Assembly (NCBI GenBank): GCA_028826165.1
Contig: JAPDFW010000075.1
Location: 310,001-374,000, forward strand
Source: Anaeramoeba ignava BMAN
Taxonomy: Eukaryota; Protista; Anaeramoebae
DNA: 64,000 nucleotides
Direction of reading: 5' to 3'
The position numbers and the translations under genes are program-made. This document shows, piece after piece, positions 49,803-63,280 of this stretch; the stretch's first letter is position 1, and the number at the start of each line of letters is the position of its first letter. A model generated the notes under the pieces. It was not told where the DNA came from. It saw only the letters and a program-made list of their open reading frames with translations, and made no database searches.

Positions 49803-50827
49803 ATGTCAAAAGATGAATATGAACTTCTTAGTGAAGATCAAAAACAATTACGTAAAAAAGTAAAAAATAGAATAAATGCACAAATTAGTCGAGATCGAGC
49901 TAAACAAAAAGTTGAAACTTTAGAAAGTCAAATGGAAAAATTAAAAAAAAAAAACAAATTACTTTCAGTTAAACTTGAGAAAACAAATGAAGAGAATCAA
50001 GAACTTAGAGTAAATATTTAATTTTAATATTAATTTTATAAATGAATTTTAATTTTAATTTTAATTTTAATTTTAATTTTAATTTTAATTTTAATTTTAA
50101 TTAAATTTTAATTTTATAAATGAATTTTAATTTTAATTTTAATTTTAATATGAATTTTAATTTAAATTTTAATTTTATAATTTAATTTTAATTTAATCAG
50201 GAAAGAGTTAAAAGACTTGAACAAGAAAATACCAAAAAAGAACAAATTCAATTTACAGCTCAAAATAATTTCGTTTCAACAACAAAATCATTAGTTCAAA
50301 ATTGGATTAATATTCCATCAAAAAATCAAAAATTATTTCAAAAATCAAATGTTGGTTTAACAATGATGATTGTTTTATTTGTTTTTGGCTTGTTTTTCAA
50401 TTTTAGTAGATTTAATACTCAATCTTATGATTTTTCTTTAAATTCAAATTCAATTCCAAATTCAATTTCAAATTCAAATTCAAATTCAATCTCAAATCAA
50501 AATCAATTTGATTCACAATTTAATCAAAGAAAATTGAATCAAATTCAACAACCTTTAATGGATTATTTTGAACAAACTAATTTTAATGCTTTAAGTTTTA
50601 TTAATCATTTTTCAAATAATTCTTTAATTAACGAAAATTTGAATCAAACTCAAAATCAAAATGAAAATCAAAATGAAAATTTGAATCAAAATCAAACTTT
50701 GGGAAAAAATTCAAACTTTCAATTTATCCAAAAAAATTCCCAACAAGATATTATCCAAAAACCTATTCATTTATTGGTTTTGAGATACTTGATGATTCTT
50801 GAATCAAGAAAAAAAAGATATATTTAA
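49803..50827 (+). CDS. Membrane-tethered bZIP transcription factor (ATF6/bZIP28/CREB3-like layout); intron 50010-50200; start uncertain
   Basis: RKKVKNRINAQISRDRAKQKVETLE + leucine heptads. TM helix VGLTMMIVLFVFGLFFNF. Downstream QRKL. The frame is open upstream to 49566 without an ATG. Confidence 0.8.
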
Positions 50828-50990
50828 AAAACAAATTTTTTTGAAAACTTTTTGAATATTTTTTTTTTTAATTCTTCTTTTATTTTTCAAACAAATGTTT
50901 GTTTCCTTTTGAAATGAAGTTTTAACTAATCAATAAATGAAAAAAAAAGGAAATCAAATCATTTTAAAATTATTTTAAAATTATTTAAAA

Positions 50991-51827
50991 TTATTTAAAA
51001 AAAACTTCTAAAGTTTCAATTTCCCAAGTTGATTTTCCAGTAAAAAATTTTGGAGCTTCTTTTGAATTAATTCCTTTTGGATATTCATAAATTCCATAAA
51101 TATAACCTGAACTCCAACCTTTTTTTGAAGATAAATTCTTAATTCCAACATGTCCCCCACTTCCAAAATAAACGGAATAATTTGGATCTCGATAAATAGA
51201 ATCACCACTTTTATATTTGAATTTTGAAGGAGGATAATTTTTTGGATTTTTCAATGTGAAAATGAATGAATGAGAATCTGGATTTGAATATCCGCCTTTT
51301 GATCCAAAACCAATTTTAGTAAAACCCCCAAAAACAAATCCATTTGTTGTTTTAATAATTGCTAATGATTCTTTTTTTCCATCACATTTCTTATGAAATT
51401 TTTCATTTGAAAATCCATCATTTTTTGTTGAAAATCCAAGTTTCATTGAATAAAATAATTCATCGTTGGAAATGAAGTTTTTTAAATAATAGGCATATTC
51501 TGGATCATTAAGTATTGTGGATTGACTCAAAAGTGGAGGATGTAAAAATTCTTGTGAGAATTTTTGTTTTGCTTTTATTTTTTCAATTTGTTTTTCTTTT
51601 TCTTGTTTCATTTTGAAGTTTTCTTTTTCTTTTTCTTGAAGTTGTTGATCTCTTCTTAGAAGTTCTTGATAAAGTGCTTTATTTCTTTTGGAAAGTTTTT
51701 CAATTTTTAGATAAAGTGATTGAATTAATTCATCTTTTTCTTTTTATTTAAAAATTATTTAAAAATTAGAAATTAAATTAGAAATTAATTAATTATTTAT
51801 TTATTTACCTTGTAATTTCTTTTCCAT
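50991..51827 (-). CDS. Coiled-coil + TLDc domain protein (intron 51808-51740)
   Basis: MEKKLQ|EKDEL... then LGFSTKNDGFS..FH.KCDGK...IIKTTNGFVFGGFT..SFIFTL..EIETLEVF. Confidence 0.85.
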
Positions 51828-52054
51828 TTTGTTTTTTTAAAAAAAAATAAAAAAAAATAAAGATAAAAAGTGAATTTAAGAAAAAAAAATTCTTTTCTTT
51901 TAAATCCTCTCCAAAAAAAGAAAAAAAGGAAAAAAAAAAGGAAAAAAAAAAGAGGACTTTTTGATTATTTAAAAAAAAAAAGATAAATCGGAAAAAAAAA
52001 AAAAAAAAAAAAAATGTCCGAATTTAATTTTTAATTAATTTTGAAATTAAAATT

Positions 52055-55000
52055 TTAATTGAAAATATTATCAATATTTTCTTTGATAAAATCACTTAAC
52101 ATTTGGACAGTTGATAATAATAAATCGAATTTTGCTTGAATTGCAAGTAAATGATCCTTTTCTGATTCTTTTGCAATTTTAATATCTTCTTTGAGATCAT
52201 TAATTGTAATTGGAATATTTTTGAACAAAGGCTCAAAAAAAATGAGTTGAATTTCTTCATGAAATTGTTTTTTCCAAAAACCAAAAAAATGGTCATTTTG
52301 AAGATCAATTGTGAGAAGAAAACGATAAAAATTTGCAACAGACATAATGAAGTCAATCCAGTTTTCAACATCAGGTTTATCTTTCATATTAAGAAGAAAA
52401 GAACAAGTTGATAAAAGACGGTTAAAAAGATGATCATCAAATGATTTTTGGTTTAAAAAATGTTCTCGTAATATAACTGTTAATGCGAATTGAAGTAAAG
52501 AAATTAAAAGAGCAAGTATCATTTGAAATGGAGTGGAAACAATAAGATCCAAAATGAATGGGATTGCAACTTCCACTTTGAAAAGAGAAAAGAAGTGTTC
52601 AAACAATCCTTTCAATGAAGAAAATTCTTCTTGAGATCGACAACCAAGTAAATTATTAGCAATAAGTTTGAAAATTTCAACAAATTGAGTTTTATTTTCT
52701 TCAAAAATTTTTGCATCAAAGCTTTCTCCTTTTGTTTGTAATAATCCAAAAAATAAAAGTGTCATTCCTTTTGAATAAGATATTTCTGTGACTTCTTTTG
52801 GATCTGAAGAAACAATCAAAGGTTTCACGAGTTTTAATATAGTAAATAGATCGATTTGTTTGATTTTACTTGTGAAAAAATTTTCATATTTGAAATCCTG
52901 AATGTAAATTAGATAAAATAAATGGGAAATGCCAAGAAGAGGCCAAGGTGGGAGTTCTTCAGTTGAATTTGAAATGAGTTGATTTGAAGATTTTGTGTTT
53001 TCTTCGTTATTGTTTTTTATGTTTTGGGGTTGAGATGGATAATATTTTTCTAAATGTGCAAGTGTATCTTCTATATTGATTTTTGTTGATTTAATCAATA
53101 TCTTTTTTATAAGAATAATAATAAGATAAATAATTAATAATTTATATTTGGAAAAGTTTTATAAGAATAATAAGATAAATAATTAATAATTTATATTTGG
53201 AAAAAGTTTTATAAGAATAAATAAGATAAATAAGAAGATAATTTATATTTGAAAAAGTTTTATAAGAATAAATAATTAATAATTTATATTTGGAAAAAGT
53301 TTTATAAGATAAATAAGAAGATAAATAATTAATAATTTATATTTGGAAAAAGTTTTATAAGATAAATAAGTAAGGATTTATATTTGGAAAAGGGAAGTAT
53401 ATTTTTGTGTGTGAATTAATGATACCATAATTTTAAGAGTGAATCCGATCCAAAAATTTTGATTTAATTGATTTTCTTTTATTTCATGATCATGATTATG
53501 ATTAGTTATGTTCATGATTATGATTATGATTATGTTCATGATTATGTTCATGATTATGATTATGATTGTGATTGTGTTCGTGATCGTGATTGTGATCGTG
53601 ATTGTGATTGTGATGTTGAATTAATTGAATTTTTTGAGATAATAAAGGATTTTCTAAAAGTTGAAAAAGATAGAATAAAATGAGATGTTTGAATTCTTGA
53701 TTTTGTAAATATTTTTCTGTAACAAAAGGTTCAATAAAAGAAATTAAATGAGGTAAATAAATCAACCAAAATTCTGTTTCTTTGTTCTTTTTTTCTTCAG
53801 AATCATCATCACTTTCAAAATCACTTTCAAAATCACTATCATTTTCATTTTCATTTTGATTATCATTTTCTTCAATTTTTTCATGTTTAATTTTTTCTTC
53901 TAATTTTTTCAGTAATGAATCTGTTGTGAAAACAAAAAATAGTATAGTATGAAATGCATTTCTTGCAAAAGAAGCAATAAATTTTTCTGGAAGTGTTAAT
54001 AAAGTTTTTTGTAAAATTTGAAGGAGAGTAATTCTAATTTCTGATTCTTTATGTTTCTTGAGACAATCCATTAAAATAAAGAAGAGTTCCTGAAATTAAA
54101 TTAAATATTAAATTAATATTAAAATAAATATTGATTTAAATATTAATTTCCAAATCCAAATTAAATATTAATTTAAATATTAATTTAAATATTAATTTAA
54201 ATATTAATTTAAATATTTGATTTAAATATTTGATTTAAATATTGATTTAAATATTTTATTTAAATATTAATTTAAATATTGATTTAAATATTAATTTAAA
54301 TATTAATTTAAATATTAATTTAAATATTTGATTTAAATATTTGATTTAAATATTGATTTAAATATTTTATTTAAATATTGATTTAAATATTGATTTAAAT
54401 ATTGATTTAAATATTGATTTAAATATTGATTTAAATATTAAATTTAAATATTGATTTAAATATTAATTTAAATATTAATTTAAATATTAATTTAAATATT
54501 AATTTAAATATTAATTTAAATATTAATTTAAATATTTAAATATTAATTTAAGTATTTGATTTAAATATTGATTTTAAATATTTGATTTAAATATTGATTT
54601 AAATATTGATTTAAATATTTAATTTAAATAATTTAAATATTATTTTAAATATTGATTTAAATATTTAATTTAAATATTAATTAAAATATTGATTTAAATA
54701 TTAATTTTAAATATTGATTTAAATATTTGATTTAAATATTAATTTAAATATTAATTTAAATATTGATTTTAAATATTAATTTAAATATTGATTTGAATAT
54801 TAAATATTGATTTAAATATTGATTTAAATATTAAATTAAATATTGATTTAAATATTAAATTAATATTTAAATATTTGATTTAAATATTGATTTAAATATT
54901 GATTTAAATATTAATTTAAATATTAATTTAAATATTTGATTTAAATATTGATTTAAAATATTAATTTAAATATTGATTTAAATATTGATTTAAATATTAA

Positions 55001-56334
55001 TTTAAATATTGATTTAAATATTGATTTAAATATTTATTTAAATATTGATTTAAATATTAATTTAAATATTGATTTAATTTAAATATTGATTTAAATATTA
55101 ATTTAAATATTAATTTAAATATTAATTTAAATATTAATTTAAATATTGATTTAAATATTAATTTAAATATTGATTTAAATATTGATTTAAATATTTAATT
55201 TAAAATATTTTAAATTGATTTAAATATTAATTTAAATATTAATTTAAATATTGATTTAAATATTTGATTTAAATATTTGATTTAAATATTTGATTTAAAT
55301 ATTTGATTTAAATATTAATTTTAAATAAATTGATTTAAATATTAATCTAAATATTGATTTAAATAATTTAAATATTGATTTAAATATTGATTTAAATATT
55401 TGATTTAAATATTAATTTAAATATTTGATTTAAATATTAATTTAAATATTAATTTAAATATTAATTTAAATATTAATTTAAATATTGATTTAAATATTGA
55501 TTAAATATTGATTAAATATTAATTTAAATATTGATTAAAATATTGATTTAAATATTTGATTAAAATATTAATTTAAAATATTGATTTAAATATTAATTTA
55601 AATATTGATTTAAATATTTGATTTAAATATTGATTTAAAAATTGATTTAAATATTGATTTAAATATTAATTTAAATATTTGATTTAAATATTAATTTAAA
55701 TATTAATTTAAATATTAATTTAAATATTGATTTAAATATTGATTTAAATATTGATTTAAATATTGATTTAAATATTGATTTAAATATTTGATTTAAATAT
55801 TGATTTAAATATTAATTTAAATATTTGATTTAAATATTGATTTAAATATTAATTTAAATATTGATTTAAATATTAATTTAAATATTGATTTAAATATTAA
55901 TTTAAATAATTTAAATATTAATTTAAATATTAATTTAAATATTTGATTTAAAAATTGATTTAAATTGAAAATTGATTTAAGCACTTTTGCTGGATATTCA
56001 TTTTGAATAAGAATTAAAAGTTCGTTAACTTGATTTTTGATTTCTTCATTCTTATTGGTAATTTCAGAAATAATCATTTCAATTGAATTCCATTCTAAAC
56101 ATTTAATCCAATGATCTCCATTATTAATTTTAAAATCTTTAAGTTCTAATAATTTATTAAAACTTTGAATTGAAGAAGATGTAATTTTTTGATTAAATTC
56201 AACAATTTTATTCTGGAATTAAAAAAGAAAATATATTTTTAGTTTATTCAAAAATTTTAATTAAAAAATGAATTTGTTTTTTGTAATTTTTTTGTTTTAT
56301 TTTTTACAGATTCAAGAAGTTCTTTAAAATTCAT
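52055..56334 (-). CDS. Glomulin/ALF4 (YBP1-family) cullin-RING ligase inhibitor-like protein; exons 56334-56308, 56212-55985, 54089-53426, 53101-52055; frame break near 53503
   Basis: PAK|ELFFILMD (cf. PKELL..LLE), SKGMTLL, and DVENWIDFIMSVANFYRFLLTID..ND.FFGFW (cf. glomulin D.IMASLNLLRYL...D......GLW). Confidence 0.72.
54150..55950. repeat. Intronic (AAATATTGATTT/AAATATTAATTT)n satellite
   Basis: Fills the 1.9-kb glomulin intron 54090-55984. Confidence 0.92.
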
Positions 56335-56437
56335 TTAATTTTTTTAAATATTTTAAATTAAAAAAAATGAAAAAAAATGAAAATCAAAAAAATAATTTTT
56401 TTCCATTTTTTTTTTCATTTTTCTTTTTTTAAAAAAA

Positions 56438-59077
56438 ATGAATTTAGTTGTTTTTGAAAAACAAAATTGTTTTAATGAAAATCAAGAAACAAAAAAAGCT
56501 CTTCATAAATTACTTCATAATTTTTTAGTTTCAATTCCCAAAACAACATTTTCAGTTATTAAAATAAATCGGTTAAAAAATTTTAATTAAAAAAATTAAA
56601 TTATAAAAATTTAAATTAAAAATTTCAATTAAAAATTTAAATTAAAAATTTAATTAGATGGGGAAATTTTAGACCAAGAATTCTTCGTTTAACTGGATTT
56701 GGAATGCTAAATATTAGACCAAAAGAACAAATTTCAGAAAAACAAAAAAAAATATTAAATAAATTTTGTGACGAATCAGATTTTTTATTAGGAAATATTA
56801 CAGAATTTTTTCTTTATTCTGAAATTCAAAAAGTTACTCTTTTAGATCCTAAATTATTTATAATTGAATCCCAAAATAGACATCCTCATCGTTACTTTTG
56901 TGATATTGCCTTTTTTTTATCAAAAGAAATTGCAAGTCGTTGTTCTATTCAGTTTTATTTGTTTGATAGAAAAAATCCTTTTGTTTTTAAAACTATGACA
57001 AATTTAAAAGCTATGAATTATGTTACTCAAAAAAATCAAAATAAAAAAATTATTCAAACTGATTTTATTGATCTTACTCCTGATTCAATGCTTCCCAAAC
57101 AATCAGAAAATCAAAATCAAAATCAAAATCAAATTGAAAATGAAAATCAAAATCAAATTCAAAATCAAAATCAAAATCAAAATCAAAATCAAAATCAAAT
57201 TGAAAATGAAAATCAAATTGAAAATCAAAATGAAAATCAAATTGAAAATCAAAATCAAATTGAAAATCAAAATCAAATTGAAAATCAAAATCAAATTGAA
57301 AATCAAAATCAAATTGAAAATCAAAATGAAAATCAAAATGAAAATCAAAATGAAAATCAAAATCAAATTGAAAATCAAAATCAAAATCAAAATCAAATTG
57401 AAAATCAAAATCAAAATCAAAATCAAAATCAAAATCAAATTGAAAATGAAAATCAAAATCAAAATCAAAATCAAAATCAAAATCAAAATCAAAATCAAAA
57501 TCAAATTGAAAATCAAATTGAAAATCAAAATGAAAATCAAAATGAAAATCAAAATCAAAATCAAAATGAAAATCAAAATGAAAATCAAAATCAAAATCAA
57601 AATCAAAATCAAAATCAAAATCAAATTGAAAATCAAATTGAAAATCAAAATGAAAATCAAAATGAAAATCAAAATCAAAATGAAAATCAAAATCAAAATC
57701 AAAATCAAAATCAAAATCAAAATCAAAATCAAAATCAAAATCAAAATGAAAATCAAAATCAAAATCAAAATCAAATCAAAATCAAATTGAAAATCAAAAT
57801 CAAAATCAAAATCAAATTGAAAATCAAAATCAAAATCAAAATCAAAATCAAAATCAAAATCAAAATCAAAATCAAATCAAAATCAAATTGAAAATCAAAT
57901 TGAAAATCAAAATCAAATTCAAAATCAAAATGAAAATCAAAATCAAAATCAAAATCAAAATCAAAATCAAAATCAAAATCAAAATCAAAATCAAAATGAA
58001 AATCAAATTAAAAATCAAATTAAAAATCAAAATCAAAATGAAAATCAAATTAAAAATAAAATTCAAAATCAATTAAAAAAAAATCAAATTATCAAAATAA
58101 AAAAAGAAAATAACTTTAAATATCCACATTCAGAAGAACCAGAAGATAATCGTGATAGCCTTGATATAAGTTCACAAAGTATTCAATCAGATGATGAAAT
58201 TTTATATGCACAAAAATTAGTGATTAATTATGAATTTTATACATCAAAACTCGAGAAAGAAAATTATGGAATAATTAGTAAATTTGATTTCTTAATTCCA
58301 TGCACTTTGAAATTATTATCATTAAAAGGAATAGAACTTTCAGAAATTGTTTTGGAAAATAAACTTCTTGATATTATGTCTGAAAATTCAAAAAAGAAAA
58401 TTGAAAATTTTAAAAGAGATTTAAGAATAAATCAACAAAATATCTCAAATTTAAGTGTAAAAATTCGCAAATTTATTCAACAAATTAGATTTGAAACAAT
58501 AAAAAAATTAAAAGAAAAAGAAAATGAAACAGATTTAGAAAATATTGAAATAATAAATGCAATTCTTGAAAGATTATTAGAAGAAATGATCATTTCACCA
58601 AATTTTGATAAAATTAATGGATTTATCAAAAAGAAAAATGAATTAGAAGATCAAAAAATTCATGATCAAATCCAAAAATTGAAGAAAAAGAATTTTGATT
58701 ATTTTGGATTGCCAAATCAATTATCAAAAATTGATTGGAGTCTTTCTTCAAGAATTTTACGTACTTTTAATATTTGCAAACTTCCTTATGAATTTTTAAA
58801 TGTTCTTCTTACAACTGCTGATAGTGTTTTTCATACAATTAACTCTAATATTTTGAATCATGATATTCAAAGTGAACCTAATAAATTGGTTACTGGTGAT
58901 GATTTTCTTCCAATTTTTGTTTTTGTTCTTGTAAATTCTCAAATTGAAAATTTGGTTTCTATTTCAGAATATTTAATTGATTATTCAGATCCAAAAGAAA
59001 TGAATCATGAATCTGGTTATTATTTAACCACTTTTTGCTCTTCAATTCAGTTTATTAAAACTTCTGAAAATTTATAA
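56438..59077 (+). CDS. VPS9-domain Rab5-family GEF with N-terminal PH-like region and long NQ/NE repeat (intron 56572-56657; frame slips in the repeat)
   Basis: FSVIKINR|WGNFRPRILRLT near the N-terminus. C-terminal GDDFLPIFVFVLV......L.S...YL.DY.......ESGYYLTTFCSSIQFI is the VPS9 motif. Confidence 0.85.
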
Positions 59078-59149
59078 AATCAAAAAAGAAAACAAAAGAA
59101 ATTTTTATTAAATTTTCAAAAAAGATTTAATAAAGATTTTTAATTAATT

Positions 59150-61995
59150 TTACATTAATTTTGGAATAATATTTAATTAATAATTTATTAATAAATTTAT
59201 TTATAATTTAATAATTAAATAGATTTAAATTAATAATTAATATTTTATTATTAATTTAATTGATAATTTATATTTAATATTTTTTAATTAATTTTATATT
59301 AATTTTGAAATAATATTTAATTAATAATTTATTAATAAATTTATTTATAATTTAATAATTAAATTGATTTAAATTAATAATTAATATTTTATTATTAATT
59401 TAATTGATAATTTTTATTTAATATTTTTAATTAATTTTATATTAATTTTGAAATAATATTTAATTAATTATTTATTAATAAATTTATTTATAATTTAATA
59501 ATTAAATAGATTTAAATTAAATAATTAATATTTTTATTATTAATTTAATTGATAATTTATATTTAATATTTTTATTTAATTTTATATTAATTTTGGAATA
59601 ATGTTTAATTAATATTTTATTAATAAATTTATTTATAATTTAATAATTAAATATATTTAAATTTATAATTAATATTTTATTATTAATTTAATTGAGTAAT
59701 TTATATTTAATATTTTTAATTAAATTTATATTAATTTTGAAATAATATTTTATTAATAATTTATTAATAAATTTATTTATAATTTAATAATTAAATAGAT
59801 TTAAATTAATAATTAATATTTTATTATTAATTTAATTGATAATTTTTATTTAATATTTTTAATTAATTTTATATTAATTTTGGAATAATATTTAATTTAT
59901 TATTTATTAATAAATTTATTTATAATTTAATAAATAAATATATTTAAATTAATAATTAATATTTTATTATTATTAATTGATAATTTATATTTAATATTTT
60001 TAATTAATTTTATATTAATTTTTGAAATAATGTTTTATCAATAATTTATTAATAAATTTATTTATAATTTAATAATTAAATATATTTAAATTGATAATTA
60101 ATATTTTTATTTATTAATTTAATTGATAAATTTATATTTAATATTTTTAATTAAATTTATATTAATTTTGAAATAATATTTTATTAATAATTTATTAATA
60201 AATTTATTTATAATTTAATAATTAAATATATTTAAAATTAATAATTAATATTTTATTATTAATTTAATTGATATATTTTTAATATTTTTATTTAATTTTA
60301 TATTAATTTTGGAATAATATTTAATTTATTATTTATTAATAAATTTATTTATAATTTAATAATTAAATATATTTAAATTGATAATTAATATTTTATTATT
60401 AATTTAATTGATAATTTATATTTAATATTTTTAATTAAATTTATATTAATTTTGGAATAATATTTAATTAATAATTTATTAATAAATTTATTTATAATTT
60501 AATAATTAAATATATTTAAATTAATAATTAATATTTTATTATTAATTTAATTGATAATTTTTATTTAATATTTTTAATTAAATTTATATTAATTTTGGAA
60601 TAATGTTTAATTAATATTTTATTAATAAATTTATTTATAATTTAATAATTAAATATGATTTAAATTGATAATTAATATTTTATTATTAATTTAATTGATA
60701 ATTTATATTTAATATTTTTAATTAAATTTATATTAATTTTGAAATAATATTTTATTAATTATTTATTAATAAATTTATTTATAATTTAATAATTAAATAG
60801 ATTTAAATTAATAATTAATATTTTTATTATTAATTTAATTGATAATTTTTATTTAATATTTTTAATTAATTTTATATTAATTTTGGAATAATGTTTAATT
60901 AATAATTTATTAATAAATTTATTTATAATTTAATAATTAAATATATTTAAATTGATAATTAATATTTTATTATTAATTTAATTGATAATTTATATTTAAT
61001 ATTTTTAATTAATTTTATATTAATTTTGAAATAATATTTAATTAATAATTTATTAATAAATTTATTTATAATTTAATAATTAAATTGATTTAAATTAATA
61101 ATTAATATTTTATTATTAATTTAATTGATAATTTTATATTTAATATTTTTAATTAAATTTTATATTAATTTTTGGAATAATATTTAATTAATTATTTATT
61201 AATAAATTTATTTATAATTTAATAATTAAATAGATTTAAATTTATAATTAATATTTTATTATTAATTTAATTGATAATTTATATTTAATATTTTTAATTA
61301 ATTTTATATTAATTTTTAAATAATATTTAATTAATAATTTATTATTAAATTTATTTATAATTTAATAATTAAATAGATTTAAATTAATAATTAATATTTT
61401 TATTATTAATTTAATTGATAATTTATATTTAATATTTTTAATTAATTTTTATATTAATTTTGAAATAATATTTAATTAATTAATTTATTATTAAATTTAT
61501 TTTATAATTTAATAATTAAATATATTTAAATTGATAATTAATATTTTATTATTAATTTAATTGATAATTTATATTTAATATTTTTAATTAAATTTATATT
61601 AATTTTGAAATAATATTTAATTTTATTAATAAATTTATTTATAATTTAATAATTAAATTGATTTAAATTGATAATTAATATTTTATTATTAATTTAATTG
61701 ATAATTTTTATTTAATATTTTTAATTAATTTTATATTAATTTTGGAATAATATTTAATTTATTATTTATTAATAAATTTATTTATAATTTAATAATTAAA
61801 TAGATTTAAATTTAATAATTAATATTTTATTATTAATTTAATTGATAATTTATATTTAATATTTTTTAATTAATTTTATATTAATTTTGAGATAATATTT
61901 ATTAATTATTTTATTAATAAATTTATTTATAATTTAATAATTAAATAGATTTAAATTAATAATTAATATTTTATTATTAATTTAATTGATAATTT
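59150..61995. repeat. ~143-bp AT-rich tandem satellite, about 20 copies
   Basis: The TTTTGRAATAAT anchor recurs at about 59164, 59307, 59450, 59596, 59739, 59882 ... 61744, 61889. Confidence 0.92.
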
Positions 61996-62207
61996 TTTTA
62001 ATTGTTTTTATTTTAAGTTGTTTTTATCAATTTTTTGAAATAATAACGTTATTAAAAATTTAAATAAAAATAGAGAACAATAAAAAAAAGAAAAAATTTA
62101 ATTAAAAAATTTTTTTTTCATTTTTCATTTTTCATTTTTAATTTTTCTTTTAATTTTTATTTTTCATTATTGTTTTTATTATTTAAATATTATAAAAAGA
62201 GAAAAAG

Positions 62208-63062
62208 ATGTCTTTTAATTCAGATTCACCAGTTCCTATTTCAGATTCTGATAAAGCTTTACAATCTTTTGATAATTCATTTAATGGTAAAAAAATAAAA
62301 AAATTTAAAATAAAATAATAAAAAGAAATAATTAAATTTTTTTCCTTTTTTTATTCTTTTTATATTTTATAGTTGATCAACAGTAATTTATCTTTTTATA
62401 GATTTTTTTTAAATATAAATTTTAAATATAAATTTTTTTAATTTTTTAAAAACAGATCAAAATTCGCAGCTTTTGATTCTTTTGATTCAGATGATTATAT
62501 ATTTAATGAAATAATTGATTTTGATAATATAAAAGATATAGAATATGAAGAATTTATTCGAGAACAAAAGTAAAAAAAAATTAAATCTAAATCTAAATTA
62601 AATTAATTCCAAAAAAAAATTCTCATTTAAATTTTGAATTTAAACAAAAATATAAAAAGATTAATTGAAGAATTAATTTCTCTTCGTGAAGGAAATCAAG
62701 AACTTAAAAATCAAGAAAAAGAATTAATTAATTCAGTTAAAGAACTTAAAATAGAAATTAATAAAGAAAAACAAGTTCGAGAAAAACAAACAAAAGAACT
62801 TGAAAATCAAAGAGAAATGCTTGAATATTTAATCAATAAAATAACTGATGAAAATATAAATGCAGATACTCAAACTCCTGAATCTTGTTCTTTGGAAGAA
62901 ATTGAAGCTGATATGGCAACTTATTCTGCTCTTTTAAAAACTGAATATTTAAATCAACAAACAAAAATTCTTGAATATAAACATGAAATTCAACAACTTA
63001 AAAAAAGAAAAGAAAAAGCTGTCAACAAACCAAATCAAAATCTCAAAAAGAAAGCATTTTAA
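62208..63062 (+). CDS. Coiled-coil protein with a 10-nt micro-exon (62373-62382); 3 introns
   Basis: MSFNSDSPVP...FN|VDQ|QSKFAAFD...REQ|KLIEEL... The micro-exon is needed to keep the frame. Confidence 0.7.
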
Positions 63063-63280
63063 ATTATAATAATTTAAATTCAAACAAAAAAAAAATAAAC
63101 AAAAATTTGAAAATTTGGATTTCATGTAAAAGAAAAATAAACAATAATTGGAAAGTGGATTTCATGTAAAAAGAAAAAAAAATCATTTACAAATTATATT
63201 TTTTACTTGTTTTTGTTTTTTTAAATAAATTAAAAAAAGCATTTATTTATAATTTCTTTTTTACTTTTTTACTTTTTTAT

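Noticed and set aside
2250-56334. A functional cullin-RING gene cluster (Rbx-like RING, glomulin, six BTB genes, Rpn5)
   Set aside because: The genes are dispersed among unrelated ones and BTB genes are probably expanded genome-wide. Clustering cannot be shown without genome-wide density.
16656-57800. Programmed ribosomal frameshifting (Euplotes-like) at frame breaks near 16670, 22232, 30780, 39218, 39374, 53503 and 57770
   Set aside because: There is no shared slippery motif and the directions are mixed. Most breaks are in homopolymers or repeats, and in TSR3 the conserved Cys requires the shift to lie upstream of the stop. Long-read indel errors are the simpler explanation; short-read polishing would settle it.
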